A stretch of DNA of 64,000 nt from Desulfomonilaceae bacterium (GCA_049969795.1 JBMFOE010000003.1:11184-75183); one strand, 5' to 3'. Positions 19,716 to 28,937 are shown, numbered from the stretch's first letter. Numbers and translations: made by a program. The notes: generated from the sequence alone by a model not told the origin.

Positions 19716-22220
19716 GTGAATCGCGATTCCAAGACGTATTACCTGCCGTCCGTCTTGGTAGTCTCGGCCGCGGTTCTGGCCTGGCAATTAGGCCTGATGC
19801 GCTGCCTCTTGATTACCCGTTACTACCATTTTTCGTTTCTTATTATTAGTTGCGCATTGCTTGGATACGGAATAGGCGGCGTTGTCCTGTCGAGCTTTCA
19901 GCAATGGTTTGCCCATCACGGAACGGCTTTTTTTCGGTGGGGATGCCTGGGGCTCGGCCTTTCGATCCCGATATGTTTTTACGCTGCCGAGCTGCTGCCT
20001 TTGCAGGTCTTTTTTCCTCCGGAAGATCTGCTTTCGAGTATTTTTTGGTGGGCGCTCTACTGGGTGATTCAGAGCTTCCCTTTTGTGCTTGCTGGCGCTC
20101 TCACAGGATGGGCTCTGAGCGGACGCGCCGGGCCCGTCAATGTGGTCTATGCCTGCAGCCTTATCGGCGCCTCGTTGGGCGTTGCGGCTGGGATGCTATT
20201 CCTTTCCCGCTATGCACCTAATTTACTCGCGGCTCCCCTCGGACTCGCAGTCGCGGCAGGCTGCGCCGGACTCATACCGGGTTTGCCTTCGAGAGCAGGC
20301 TTTGCATACGGCCTTTGCGTTTTGGCCTCGTTGGTCGGTCTGGCAACGCTTCTGGTCATGGACGCCGACAAGGCGTTTCCCCTGAGGATAGATCAATACA
20401 AGACCCTCGCTCACGTGCAAAGACTGGTGGCTCAAAACGCCGCGCAAAGGATCCAGGCATTCGATGGTCTGCGCGGCAGGGTCGAACTCTACGCCAGCCC
20501 GCACTTTCATGCCCTGCTCTCCCTCGCATCGACGAAACGGCTGCCGGCTATGGACATCCTTATCAAGGACGGCGTCCAAATCGGGACCATCCCCGTAGTA
20601 AGAAATCTCCATGAAGTGGAGTTTCTGGACGAAACCCTCTTTGCGATCCCTTACCGGCTGGTGCGACCGAGGCGGGTTCTTATCCTTGGCGAAGCGGGCG
20701 CTATTCATCTCTGGAATGCCCGACTCCACCACCCTGATCTCATCCTATTGGTTCAGCCGGACGAGAATGTGGCGCGGGTTTTGAGAGCCCACCCTACTCG
20801 CCCTCTCGATGACCCGACGGTGCACGTCATCATCAGCGATACCAGAACGTTTCTAGAAAAAACGCATGAAACGTTCGATGTGATTCAGTTCGCCGAATTG
20901 GAGGGATTCGCCCCCGGCGCGAGCGGTATAGGCGGATTACGGGAAAACTACCTCGCCACAGTAGAAGGGTTCCGAAAATGTCTCGAGACCCTCACCCCTC
21001 GGGGAACGGCGTGCACAGTGAGGGGGATCCAGGATCCACCGCGGGATAACATCAAAATACTCGGGACCTGGTTTGAAGCTCTAAGAGCCGAGAGGAGTCA
21101 CGAGCCTGCCAGCCATATCGTGATGGCGCGTGATGAACTGGCATGCGCCATCCTCTGCTGGAAATCGCCCGTGACCCCAGCAACGGGCGGACAAATCGCG
21201 GAAATATGCCAGGAGAAATCGTGGGAACTGGAATGGGCGCCGCATGTACCAGGAGTCGGGGCGAATCGCGTGCACGCGCTCCCCGGGCCGCCGGATGCAT
21301 CCTTTTCATGGTACCACGAGGCCATCACAAAATTCCAACAGGGCCAGGCGGAGGAGTTCTATCGAAACTGGATTGCGCACGTCCGCCCTGCCACGGATGA
21401 CGTCCCCTATTTTTTTGATTTCTTTCGCATCGATTCCATCTCGCCTTTGAAACGCCAGTTTGGTCCCTTGTGGGCCGCTCGCTCAGAGATGGGGTTTCTC
21501 GTGCTCCTCACGTGTCTGGCCGCGACAGTGGTCGCCGCAACCTTGTTCCTCGTCACGGCCGTCTTGGGCGCGTTAAGGAGCGCCGGGCGCCCATTAGGCC
21601 GTGGGCTTTTGTGGGTTCTCTCGTTTTTCGCCATGATTGGAACCGCATTCATGCTCGTGGAGATGCTCCTGATTCAGGCGTTTACCAGGCTTCTGGGCGA
21701 TCCTGTGATAGCCGCCGGGGTGGTGTTGGCGGAGCTACTCCTTTTTTCAGGGCTGGGGAGCATATTGGAGCCTCTGCTCACGAGGCAAAGCCGTACGAGG
21801 ATGCTCGCAGCCGGGGCGCTGGCCGGCGTGATGCTGTTCCTGGCGCACGCAGGATTCAGACTCGCGCAATCCATCGCGGCAGGACTCCCTCTGCCTTATG
21901 CAATCGCGCTTTCAGTTGCGGTCATAGGGCCCATCGGATTCCTTATGGGGATGCCATTCCCTTGGGCAATGGCGAGAGTCAACAAACAAAATCCCACGGC
22001 GGCCCCGTTTGCCTGGGCGGTAAACTGCTTTGCGTCCGTGATCTCATCTCCCTTGGCAATTATCGCGGCCATGAGCCTTGGATTTCGCTTTCTCTGGACC
22101 ACAGGCTCTCTCCTTTACGGTCTTGTAGGCCTGTTGGCGTTGACCGCGTCGTGGGGGGCGAATTGCGACGCCCCAGAGGCGACTGGTCCGGCGAGCCATG
22201 AATCCCCCTCTGATGAATGA
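19716..22220 (+). CDS. polytopic membrane protein with central spermidine-synthase-like (class I MTase-fold) domain
   Basis: Many hydrophobic spans lie at both ends. The central VLILGEAGAIHLWNA ... VHVIISDTRTFLEKTHETFDVIQ resembles the spermidine synthase fold. GTG start. Confidence 0.65.
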   Translation: MNRDSKTYYLPSVLVVSAAVLAWQLGLMRCLLITRYYHFSFLIISCALLGYGIGGVVLSSFQQWFAHHGTAFFRWGCLGLGLSIPICFYAAELLPLQVFFPPEDLLSSIFWWALYWVIQSFPFVLAGALTGWALSGRAGPVNVVYACSLIGASLGVAAGMLFLSRYAPNLLAAPLGLAVAAGCAGLIPGLPSRAGFAYGLCVLASLVGLATLLVMDADKAFPLRIDQYKTLAHVQRLVAQNAAQRIQAFDGLRGRVELYASPHFHALLSLASTKRLPAMDILIKDGVQIGTIPVVRNLHEVEFLDETLFAIPYRLVRPRRVLILGEAGAIHLWNARLHHPDLILLVQPDENVARVLRAHPTRPLDDPTVHVIISDTRTFLEKTHETFDVIQFAELEGFAPGASGIGGLRENYLATVEGFRKCLETLTPRGTACTVRGIQDPPRDNIKILGTWFEALRAERSHEPASHIVMARDELACAILCWKSPVTPATGGQIAEICQEKSWELEWAPHVPGVGANRVHALPGPPDASFSWYHEAITKFQQGQAEEFYRNWIAHVRPATDDVPYFFDFFRIDSISPLKRQFGPLWAARSEMGFLVLLTCLAATVVAATLFLVTAVLGALRSAGRPLGRGLLWVLSFFAMIGTAFMLVEMLLIQAFTRLLGDPVIAAGVVLAELLLFSGLGSILEPLLTRQSRTRMLAAGALAGVMLFLAHAGFRLAQSIAAGLPLPYAIALSVAVIGPIGFLMGMPFPWAMARVNKQNPTAAPFAWAVNCFASVISSPLAIIAAMSLGFRFLWTTGSLLYGLVGLLALTASWGANCDAPEATGPASHESPSDE

Positions 22221-22388
22221 CCCTTCCCCAACGGCCTCTATCCCCAAGAGTCTAGACATGAAATGGCTTTCAGCCCTGTGTGCGCCGCCTCGAATGTAAC
22301 GATTGCCCAAAACAGTGTCATATGGCGCCCAGAACTCTTATTATTAAGATAGAGGGACGCTCGAACGAATGCGAGGCGCCTCGCGAAT

Positions 22389-22470
22389 GAGAAATCTTGG
22401 TTTTAGAGCTAAGATTTCTCGCTTCGCTCGAAATGACAGCCATGAAAGCGCTCGAAATGGCAGCCGTGTC
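22389..22470 (-). repeat. hairpin repeat cluster (family B variant, inverted orientation)
   Basis: 10-bp stem GAGAAATCTT-N12-AAGATTTCTC at 22389-22420, then AGATTTCTCGCTTCGCTCGAAATGACAGCC and a second CGCTCGAAATGGCAGCC. Both relate to the reverse complement of the family B unit. Confidence 0.6.
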
Positions 22471-22725
22471 ATCGAATTCGTGAGCGCTTCCGAGACTTCC
22501 TGGACCGGTCCCCGCGTTATCGTGTGTTCGACACGCGCTTGGCAGGCGCGGTTGACTCGCCAGAGTCAATTCATCGGGATCGGCGACCTCACAAAGATTG
22601 GCGTCATAATCCTTGTGGAAAATGCAGTTACGCGCTATGAGGAAGAGAACGCGATAAACCTCGGCCGCTGCCCTTTCAAGACCAGAGAAGCGCCTTGCGG
22701 CGGCGCAGGCTCTTGGGAGAAATCG

Positions 22726-23397
22726 ATGTTGCACATCTCGCCTGAATGGAAAGAAGCCTATCCAGGAAGCCTTTTCGGACTCCTGGCAATGAGTCGCGTC
22801 TCCAACCCCGCCTCTCATGCAGGGCTCGCCAAAGTAAAAGAAGAGCTGCAAGCCGATTTGAAGGCCCTATTCAAGAATCGCTCTGACCTCCGAGCTTTGG
22901 AGCCCATCAAAGCGTATCAAGCCTATTACAAGAAATTCGGCAACACCTATCATGTGCTCCAGCAGCTTGAATCGGTCTTGTTTAAGGGCAAATCCATTGC
23001 CTCGGTGTCAGCGCTCGTGGAATGTATGTTTATCGAGGAGCTCAGGAATATGCTGCTTACTGCGGGGCACGATCTCGCTGCCATTGAAATGCCTCTGACC
23101 CTGGATATCGCCAAAGAAGGCGATCGCTATACCCGCATCAACGGTAAAGATCAGGAGGCGAAGCCAGGAGATATGATCCTCAGAGACGCCGCAGGCATCA
23201 TTTCCACCGTCATCTATGGTCCAGACAGCAGAACGCGCATCACCTCCTCGACAAGAACCGTATTGTTTACCGTGTACGGTGCGCCGGGCGTCGGAAAGCA
23301 AAATGTGAGGCAGCACCTGGAAGGCATCGCAACGAACGTGAAGATCGTAGCCCCAGAAGCCGCCATCGACTCTCTCGAGGTATACAGCGCGACCTGA
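22726..23397 (+). CDS. B3/B4 tRNA-binding-domain protein (COG3382-like)
   Basis: IKAYQAYYKKFG ... GHDLAAIEMPLTLDIA ... ILRDAAGIISTVIYGPDSRTRIT pattern is typical of stand-alone PheT B3/4-like proteins. Start set at ATG 22726 because the upstream part of the ORF is repeat-derived. Confidence 0.55.
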   Translation: MLHISPEWKEAYPGSLFGLLAMSRVSNPASHAGLAKVKEELQADLKALFKNRSDLRALEPIKAYQAYYKKFGNTYHVLQQLESVLFKGKSIASVSALVECMFIEELRNMLLTAGHDLAAIEMPLTLDIAKEGDRYTRINGKDQEAKPGDMILRDAAGIISTVIYGPDSRTRITSSTRTVLFTVYGAPGVGKQNVRQHLEGIATNVKIVAPEAAIDSLEVYSAT

Positions 23398-23487
23398 TCG
23401 ACGGGCGCAGCATCTCCCAAAATTACCCACGACCTCGATGACGTCGCCGTGATTTTGAGCACATAGGGCTTTGCCAAATTTATCGAC

Positions 23488-23516
23488 GAGATTGCTCCCC
23501 TTCGTTCGCAATGATG
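23488..23516 (-). repeat. family B repeat, short inverted copy
   Basis: GAGATTGCTCCCCTTCGTTCGCAATGATG matches the reverse complement of the B unit and forms an inverted pair with 23531-23570. Confidence 0.55.
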
Positions 23517-23530
23517 CATCAGCAACTCGA

Positions 23531-23570
23531 TTGTCATTGCGAGGCCCTGAACGCGACGAAGCAATCTCAG
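23531..23570 (+). repeat. family B repeat (TTGTCATTGCGAGG...GAAGCAATCTCAG)
   Basis: About 33 of 40 positions match 41037-41075. The reverse complement matches 34569-34605. Confidence 0.7.
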
Positions 23571-23731
23571 GTCGCCTCGATCCTGCAGAGGAACCACTGT
23601 CCAATTCATGACTAATAGGACTTCTCGAAAGTGGTGTCGGAATGAGACACGCCGCGACGCGAATAGATGACTTTCAAAGTCTGCCTCACGGCGAAAGCAT
23701 AATCAACCAGTACCGTCACGTTGCTGGATTT

Positions 23732-23781
23732 GTCATGCCGCACGTGATCCGGCATCCTGGAAGCTGATCATGGATTCCCAC
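23732..23781 (+). repeat. family A repeat
   Basis: GTCATGCCGCACGTGATCCGGCATCCTGGAAGCTGATCATGGATTCCCAC contains the ATGCCG/CGGCAT hairpin. It abuts copy 2 of the family C repeat. Confidence 0.7.
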
Positions 23782-23858
23782 TTTTACCTGAAAATGCCAT
23801 AGCTCTTCAGAACGGTATTTTCATCTCCCGTTGCGACCCCCTTGTCATGGGAGTTCGA
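23782..23858 (+). repeat. 78-bp intergenic repeat, copy 2 (family C)
   Basis: Near-identical to 6500-6577 (see that entry). Confidence 0.8.
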
Positions 23859-24062
23859 GCGAAGCGACACATCTCGGCTCGAAAAACGAAGGTTTCTCAG
23901 TTACCGCCGCCTGCTTCTCTTTCGTGCGTGGCTCCAACGGAATGACAAGAGTGGCCATTCCATGGCTGGGGCAGCGGTTTTAACATCTATTCACGAACTC
24001 GATAATGCGGCCTCCCTTGCAACGGGAAATGTCTCGAAATGGAACAATGGTCGCCCATGATC

Positions 24063-25337
24063 TCACCAAAACCAGTGCGGCCGCTGCGAGAGCCATTCTT
24101 CAGCGGTCGCTGTCAACCAATTTTTCAGGCTTGGTTCCACGTAGAATGACGGTTGCATGAGGTCACGGCCAGGAGGGATTATGCCGCGCTGTTCAGCGAT
24201 CATGGCCAGCCGAGTGTGGGGGTAAATCCGAATCCCAACAGACAACCGCAGGCTCTCCAGCTCAAGAGAATCTGCGAATCGGAGACTTTCCAACGCAGTC
24301 TCTTTCGACTCTTCGGGCCCGCCAAGAAGCAGGAAGCCGATGCGTTTGACGCCGTGAGCGGCAAAGAGGCGCGAAGTGTGTCGGACGTCTTCGGGGCTGA
24401 AGCGCTTGTTCATTGACCGGAGCACGCGTGTTGAACCGCTTTCAAAGCCCAGCGAGACTTCTTTACAGCCAGCAGCGGCCATGAGTTCCACGAGTTCGGC
24501 GTCGAGCCGTAGAGGATAGATGATGCAGCGCCACGCGATCTTGAGATTAGCCGCGATTATTTCCCTGCACAAACGCTTCGCGTACCAAGATGGCAAGTTA
24601 AAGGTGTTGTCCACGAAGTAAAATTGCGTGAACCCTTGGCCCGCGGCTAGGGTCAACCAGCGTGCAACCACGTCTGGGGATCGGAATCGCCACGCGGCCC
24701 CTTCTATGGTCTCTGTCGAGCAGTAGCTGCACCGCATTGGGCAGCCTCGGCGGGTCTGCACAGGCAGCCAAAAATTTTGATCTCCTGCCAGGGAATGAGG
24801 CAAGAAGTTTTTTCCGGGCAGCGCAAACCGGTCGAGATCTTTCTGAAACGTTTTTGGTGTGGCCGCTGCCGCTGCTCGGCGATGCAGACCGGGAACCGTC
24901 TCGGGGTGGAGGCCGAGCTCGACGTCGCGCGCCAATCGAACCATTGCCTCCTCGCCTTCACCTGATATTCCCATATCCGCCCCCAAAAATTCGAGGATGC
25001 TGCGGGGGCAAATGCTGTAACCAGCGCCTCCTAGCACGATGGGAACGCGTGTCAGTTCGCGGCACAAGGTCGCCACAGCCTTGACCTCCCCGAGAAAAGT
25101 CTTTGTGTCATTCATCTGCTGGTTGTCGATGTTTCTGGCAGATATCCCGACCAACGCGGGCGCAAAATCTTCCATACGGCGGGCAAGCGCAGAAGCGAAA
25201 TCCGACACTTCCATCAGGTCCATTGCGTACACATCGTGGCCGGCGTCCTGGAGAGCTTGAGCGACGCAAACCAATCCCAGCGGCCACGCACGCATGTTGA
25301 TCTCTTCTCGGTTCGCTGAAATCAGGAGGATTCTCAT
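24063..25337 (-). CDS. B12-binding-domain radical SAM protein
   Basis: N-terminal cobalamin-binding-like MRILLISANRE...LGLVCVAQALQDAGHDV and radical SAM CxxxCxxC (RRGCPMRCSYCS). Confidence 0.85.
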   Translation of the reverse strand: MRILLISANREEINMRAWPLGLVCVAQALQDAGHDVYAMDLMEVSDFASALARRMEDFAPALVGISARNIDNQQMNDTKTFLGEVKAVATLCRELTRVPIVLGGAGYSICPRSILEFLGADMGISGEGEEAMVRLARDVELGLHPETVPGLHRRAAAAATPKTFQKDLDRFALPGKNFLPHSLAGDQNFWLPVQTRRGCPMRCSYCSTETIEGAAWRFRSPDVVARWLTLAAGQGFTQFYFVDNTFNLPSWYAKRLCREIIAANLKIAWRCIIYPLRLDAELVELMAAAGCKEVSLGFESGSTRVLRSMNKRFSPEDVRHTSRLFAAHGVKRIGFLLLGGPEESKETALESLRFADSLELESLRLSVGIRIYPHTRLAMIAEQRGIIPPGRDLMQPSFYVEPSLKNWLTATAEEWLSQRPHWFW

Positions 25338-25582
25338 CGGTCTTCTCCAAAACCTCGACGGTACGAACTGTCATACCATAAGGCTGTTTCTGAGCTTCAT
25401 CAAGTACAGGAGTTGTCTTCAGTTTTTCACGCCTACTGCTCAAGAGGTGGAGCTTGAGAGAAACGGCCTTCTTCTGGTGATGGAGTTTGGTCTTGGCGAG
25501 ATGGCTTGAACTCGACTATTATGCCGAAAGAAGTGGTAAGAAGCTGTCTTGCAAAGAGACCTTAGGGAGCGAGGAAAATCTC

Positions 25583-26335
25583 ATGGGAAAGAAATCTGAA
25601 GAACAACAGATATTGAGAGTATTGATTCAGTTGGCCCAGGAAGAGAATAAGCTCACAGAGAACATGGTCGATATGATGGCCAAGACCAATGAATTGGCTC
25701 AAAGGCGTACGGAGAGCGCTGATCTTCGTACGCGTTTGTCTGAGGAGCGTACAGACCTTGCCAGGCAGCAAACAAACCTGGTTTCAAAGAGCGCGGACCT
25801 GGCAGAAAAAAGAACGCAAAGCGCGGATAAACGAACCGAGTTGTCTCAAGAACGCACGGAGCTTGCCAGAGAACAAACAAAGTTCAGCGCCCGCAGTACA
25901 GAGCTGGCGGAAAAACGCACGGAGCTGTCCGAAGTTCGAACAGACCTGGCCAAAGACAGGACATTGCTCGCCGAAGAACGCACAGGCCTGTCTCAGACGC
26001 GCACGGAGTTGGCAGCGGAACGCAATAATCTCGCTTCGAATCGAACGCTCTTGTCGAGCTATCGTTCTGTGCTTGCAAAGGGGAGGACAGAACTCGCGTT
26101 TATTCGGACTGGTCTTGCGTTCGTTGCTCTCGGGATTGGTCTGATGAGATACTTCGGAGTTGGCTTGTGGACGATCCTGGATTGCAGCCTTGTCGCTGTC
26201 GGCATCGGCAGTACCGTCTTCGGCGTGAAAAACTACCTTGTAACATGGAAGTATGAGCGCGTATTTCAGGAAAGAGTTTTAGCGTTGATTTCCGATGTAA
26301 ATTCGCAGAATCCACGCCAAAGCGACCTGGTGTAA
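25583..26335 (+). CDS. DUF202/YidH-like membrane protein with expanded xRTxL[AS]x heptad array
   Basis: 20 consecutive heptads (residues 41-180) end in the canonical DUF202 signature GRTELAFIRTGLAFVALGIGL, followed by 2-3 TM helices. RBS GGAGCGAGGA before ATG 25583. Confidence 0.6.
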   Translation: MGKKSEEQQILRVLIQLAQEENKLTENMVDMMAKTNELAQRRTESADLRTRLSEERTDLARQQTNLVSKSADLAEKRTQSADKRTELSQERTELAREQTKFSARSTELAEKRTELSEVRTDLAKDRTLLAEERTGLSQTRTELAAERNNLASNRTLLSSYRSVLAKGRTELAFIRTGLAFVALGIGLMRYFGVGLWTILDCSLVAVGIGSTVFGVKNYLVTWKYERVFQERVLALISDVNSQNPRQSDLV

Positions 26336-26428
26336 TGCGTGAAATCCTGCTTCCCATTCCACAGATGACTTTCTCTTGCAGCTCATTTGCCTCGGCGCTG
26401 GCGTACCGTCGTCAGAAAGGAGCTTCAC

Positions 26429-27727
26429 ATGGATACTGAGGTGCAACGCGTTTCTCGCGAAGCCCCGGACGAGAAGGGGCTTACGGCGCTTGCGCTCTTG
26501 TCCCTCATAGGGGGTGGACTGACGGGTCTGATCGTTGCCACGTTTAGGATTATGTTGCAGTGGGCAGACCATGCAAGGGATGTGGTGGTCAGATGGGCCC
26601 ATGACGAACACGTCCTCGGTTTCTTGGTCATCTTTGCCGTTGTCACGCTTGCTGGCGGGGTTGCTGCATGGCTTGTCCGGCGCTTTTCGCCCAGGGCCAC
26701 AGGGAGCGGCATTCCTCATGTGGAGGCCGTATTGCGCGGAGAAGTCCCTTCCGCGCCAGTTCGGCTCATTTTTGTCAAGTACATCGGCGGATTTTTGGCC
26801 ATAGGAGCTGGGTTTGCCCTCGGCCGCGAGGGCCCCAGCGTGCAGATGGGGGCGATTGTCTCTCATCTGCTTGGCAGCGTCTTTCGTCGCGCCTCAGAAG
26901 ATTGTTCCGCGCTTTTGGCTGCAGGAGCGGGAGCTGGGCTGGCAACCGCGTTCAACGCGCCCATCGCCGGCGCCGTTTTTGTCTTGGAAGAACTCGTGCG
27001 CCGTTTTGATCTACGAATTACGATTGCGACGCTCGGGGCCTCCGCAGGCGCAATCGGGGTATCGCGCATGCTTCTTGGGGAGTCGCCAGACTTCACTGTG
27101 CGCGAGCTTCCATACCTGGGACTGGGAACCGTCCCGATACACCTCGTGTTAGGCGTGTTGGCTGGATTGTTGGGAGCTGCATACAACCGGTGTATTGTGA
27201 CAGGCCTTATCGCAGGCAAAAAACTGAATCGAGTCCCGGTGGAAGTTCGCGCAGGCTCAATCGGCGCGTTGATAGCCATACTGGCATGGATTGACCCAAA
27301 CATTGTCGGGGGAGGAGACTCCATCACCCAAGGGGTTCTTTCCGGTCACCATATGCTCTCTGCAATCCTCGTCTGTTTCTTGATCCGATTTGCCTTGGGG
27401 CCTCTCTCTTATGCTGCGGAGACGCCGGGAGGCCTTTTCGCGCCAATGCTCGTCCTGGGCGCTCAGCTCGGGTACATGTTTGGCGTCGTCTGCTGTTTCT
27501 GGGGCGCGCATGTTGGCGCAGACCCAGTGGCCGACGCTGTGGTGGGGATGGCCGCTTTTTTCACCGCTGTGGTGCGCGCCCCTGTCACCGGCATTGTACT
27601 GGCCATAGAATTGACGGGAAGTTTTACGTTGCTTCTCCCCATGCTCGCGGCGTGCTTCACGGCCATGCTCGTTCCTACCCTGTTGAAGGAAGCCCCAATA
27701 TATGACTCTTTGAAAGACTTTCTATGA
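26429..27727 (+). CDS. ClC-family chloride channel / H+/Cl- antiporter
   Basis: Selectivity motifs GSGIPHVE, GREGPSVQMGA and GGLFAP. AAAGGAG RBS. Confidence 0.9.
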   Translation: MDTEVQRVSREAPDEKGLTALALLSLIGGGLTGLIVATFRIMLQWADHARDVVVRWAHDEHVLGFLVIFAVVTLAGGVAAWLVRRFSPRATGSGIPHVEAVLRGEVPSAPVRLIFVKYIGGFLAIGAGFALGREGPSVQMGAIVSHLLGSVFRRASEDCSALLAAGAGAGLATAFNAPIAGAVFVLEELVRRFDLRITIATLGASAGAIGVSRMLLGESPDFTVRELPYLGLGTVPIHLVLGVLAGLLGAAYNRCIVTGLIAGKKLNRVPVEVRAGSIGALIAILAWIDPNIVGGGDSITQGVLSGHHMLSAILVCFLIRFALGPLSYAAETPGGLFAPMLVLGAQLGYMFGVVCCFWGAHVGADPVADAVVGMAAFFTAVVRAPVTGIVLAIELTGSFTLLLPMLAACFTAMLVPTLLKEAPIYDSLKDFL

Positions 27728-27945
27728 GATCAACAATTTCTCTAGAATCCATTTTGGAGGTCGGGGCCGACAAAATTCGGCGGCGCAAAAATCCGGAGGT
27801 CGCTGTCGCCAACTGAAAGGATTGACAAACACGACCAAGGCATGTTTTCAACATTCCGGAAAACGCCGATGGAGAATTTTGAATTCAGGTGAGGTTTATG
27901 CTACACAAATAGCGCCTATCACGCTTCTGGAGTAAAGGAGAGCCC

Positions 27946-28731
27946 ATGGCTGCTCGACGGTTTGTGGATTTGAGCATCAGCATTGAAGGAGGCCTCCCGA
28001 GCGATCCGCCAGCTATGATACCGTCTGTCCAGTACATAACCCATGAGCAGGGGGCTGCTCAGATGCTGGAATTTTTCCCAGGGATCAAAAGGGATCAATT
28101 GCCTTCGGGTCTGGGCTGGGCCCTAGAAGTTTTGACGCTCACGACTCACAGCGGTACTCATCTGGATGCTCCCTATCACTATCATCCTACCATGGATAAA
28201 GGCGCGCCTGCCCTGACCATCGACCAAATACCGCTCGAGTGGTGTTTCAATCGGGGAGTCCTTTTGGACTTTCGCCATAAGGCCGATGGGGAGGCGATCA
28301 CGGTCCGCGATCTCGAGGCTGAATTGGAGCGCGTCGGGCATCGCATACAACCGCTCGACATTGTGTTGATTCAGACCGGCGCGGATGAGGCCTGGGGCAC
28401 GCCTCAATATTTGGTCAGAGGCGCGGGGATGACCCGAGAAAGCACCCTTTTTCTCTTGGAAAAAGGCGTGAAAGTTGTGGGTACAGACGCCTGGAGTTGG
28501 GACAGGCCGCTGCCGTTCCTCGCCAAGGAATTTCAAGAGACGAAAGACCCACGCGTGATATGGGAAGCGCACTTCGCAGGAATCGAAATCGGTTATTGCC
28601 ACATGGAAAAAATGGCAAATCTCTCGCAAATCGGTCGTCCCACAGGATTTACCGTCGCGTGCTTCCCTGTGAAGATTAAGGGAGCCAGCGCGGGATGGGT
28701 GCGACCAGTTGCGATTATCGAGGAAGACTGA
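27946..28731 (+). CDS. cyclase-family protein (kynurenine formamidase-like)
   Basis: HSGTHLDAPYHY metal-binding motif. AAAGGAG RBS. Confidence 0.8.
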   Translation: MAARRFVDLSISIEGGLPSDPPAMIPSVQYITHEQGAAQMLEFFPGIKRDQLPSGLGWALEVLTLTTHSGTHLDAPYHYHPTMDKGAPALTIDQIPLEWCFNRGVLLDFRHKADGEAITVRDLEAELERVGHRIQPLDIVLIQTGADEAWGTPQYLVRGAGMTRESTLFLLEKGVKVVGTDAWSWDRPLPFLAKEFQETKDPRVIWEAHFAGIEIGYCHMEKMANLSQIGRPTGFTVACFPVKIKGASAGWVRPVAIIEED

Positions 28732-28937
28732 CTCTCGTCGCGGTTTTTCTCAGCATGTATTGCCGGATTGCGTCGCTTCGATCCCAATGACGCATCGATC
28801 GCCTCCTCATAGCAGCGGAGAGCTCATGGCGACGGCGACGAAACTGCCTAAGCTCACACCTATCGAGCTGAATGGCGAACGTCGCATTCGGTTTTTTTTC
28901 CAAGACTGCGAGATCCATTTCTTCAAACGTGGTGGCT

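Noticed and set aside
19586-19849. 87-aa ORF MPDSIQYPGKEEWIPTCEGIT...
   Set aside because: It starts inside a family A repeat and then overlaps, out of frame, the start of the 834-aa membrane protein gene. Repeat-derived pseudo-ORF.
22369-22725. N-terminal 119 aa of the 342-aa ORF 22369-23397
   Set aside because: This part translates palindromes and family B-like repeats (…ISRFARNDSHESARNGS…). The B3/4-domain homology begins only after ATG 22726.
25703-26122. 21-nt periodic region considered as a DNA tandem repeat or CRISPR-like array
   Set aside because: The periodicity is in-frame within a coding ORF and strongly degenerate at nucleotide level, with no spacer/repeat alternation. It is a protein heptad array, not a DNA repeat locus.
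27858-27890. Possible degenerate extra copy of the 78-bp family C repeat (CGGAAAACGCCGATGGAGAATTTTGAATTCAGG)
   Set aside because: Only the GAAAACGCC core and a TTTT block match. The similarity is too weak to call without a statistical alignment.
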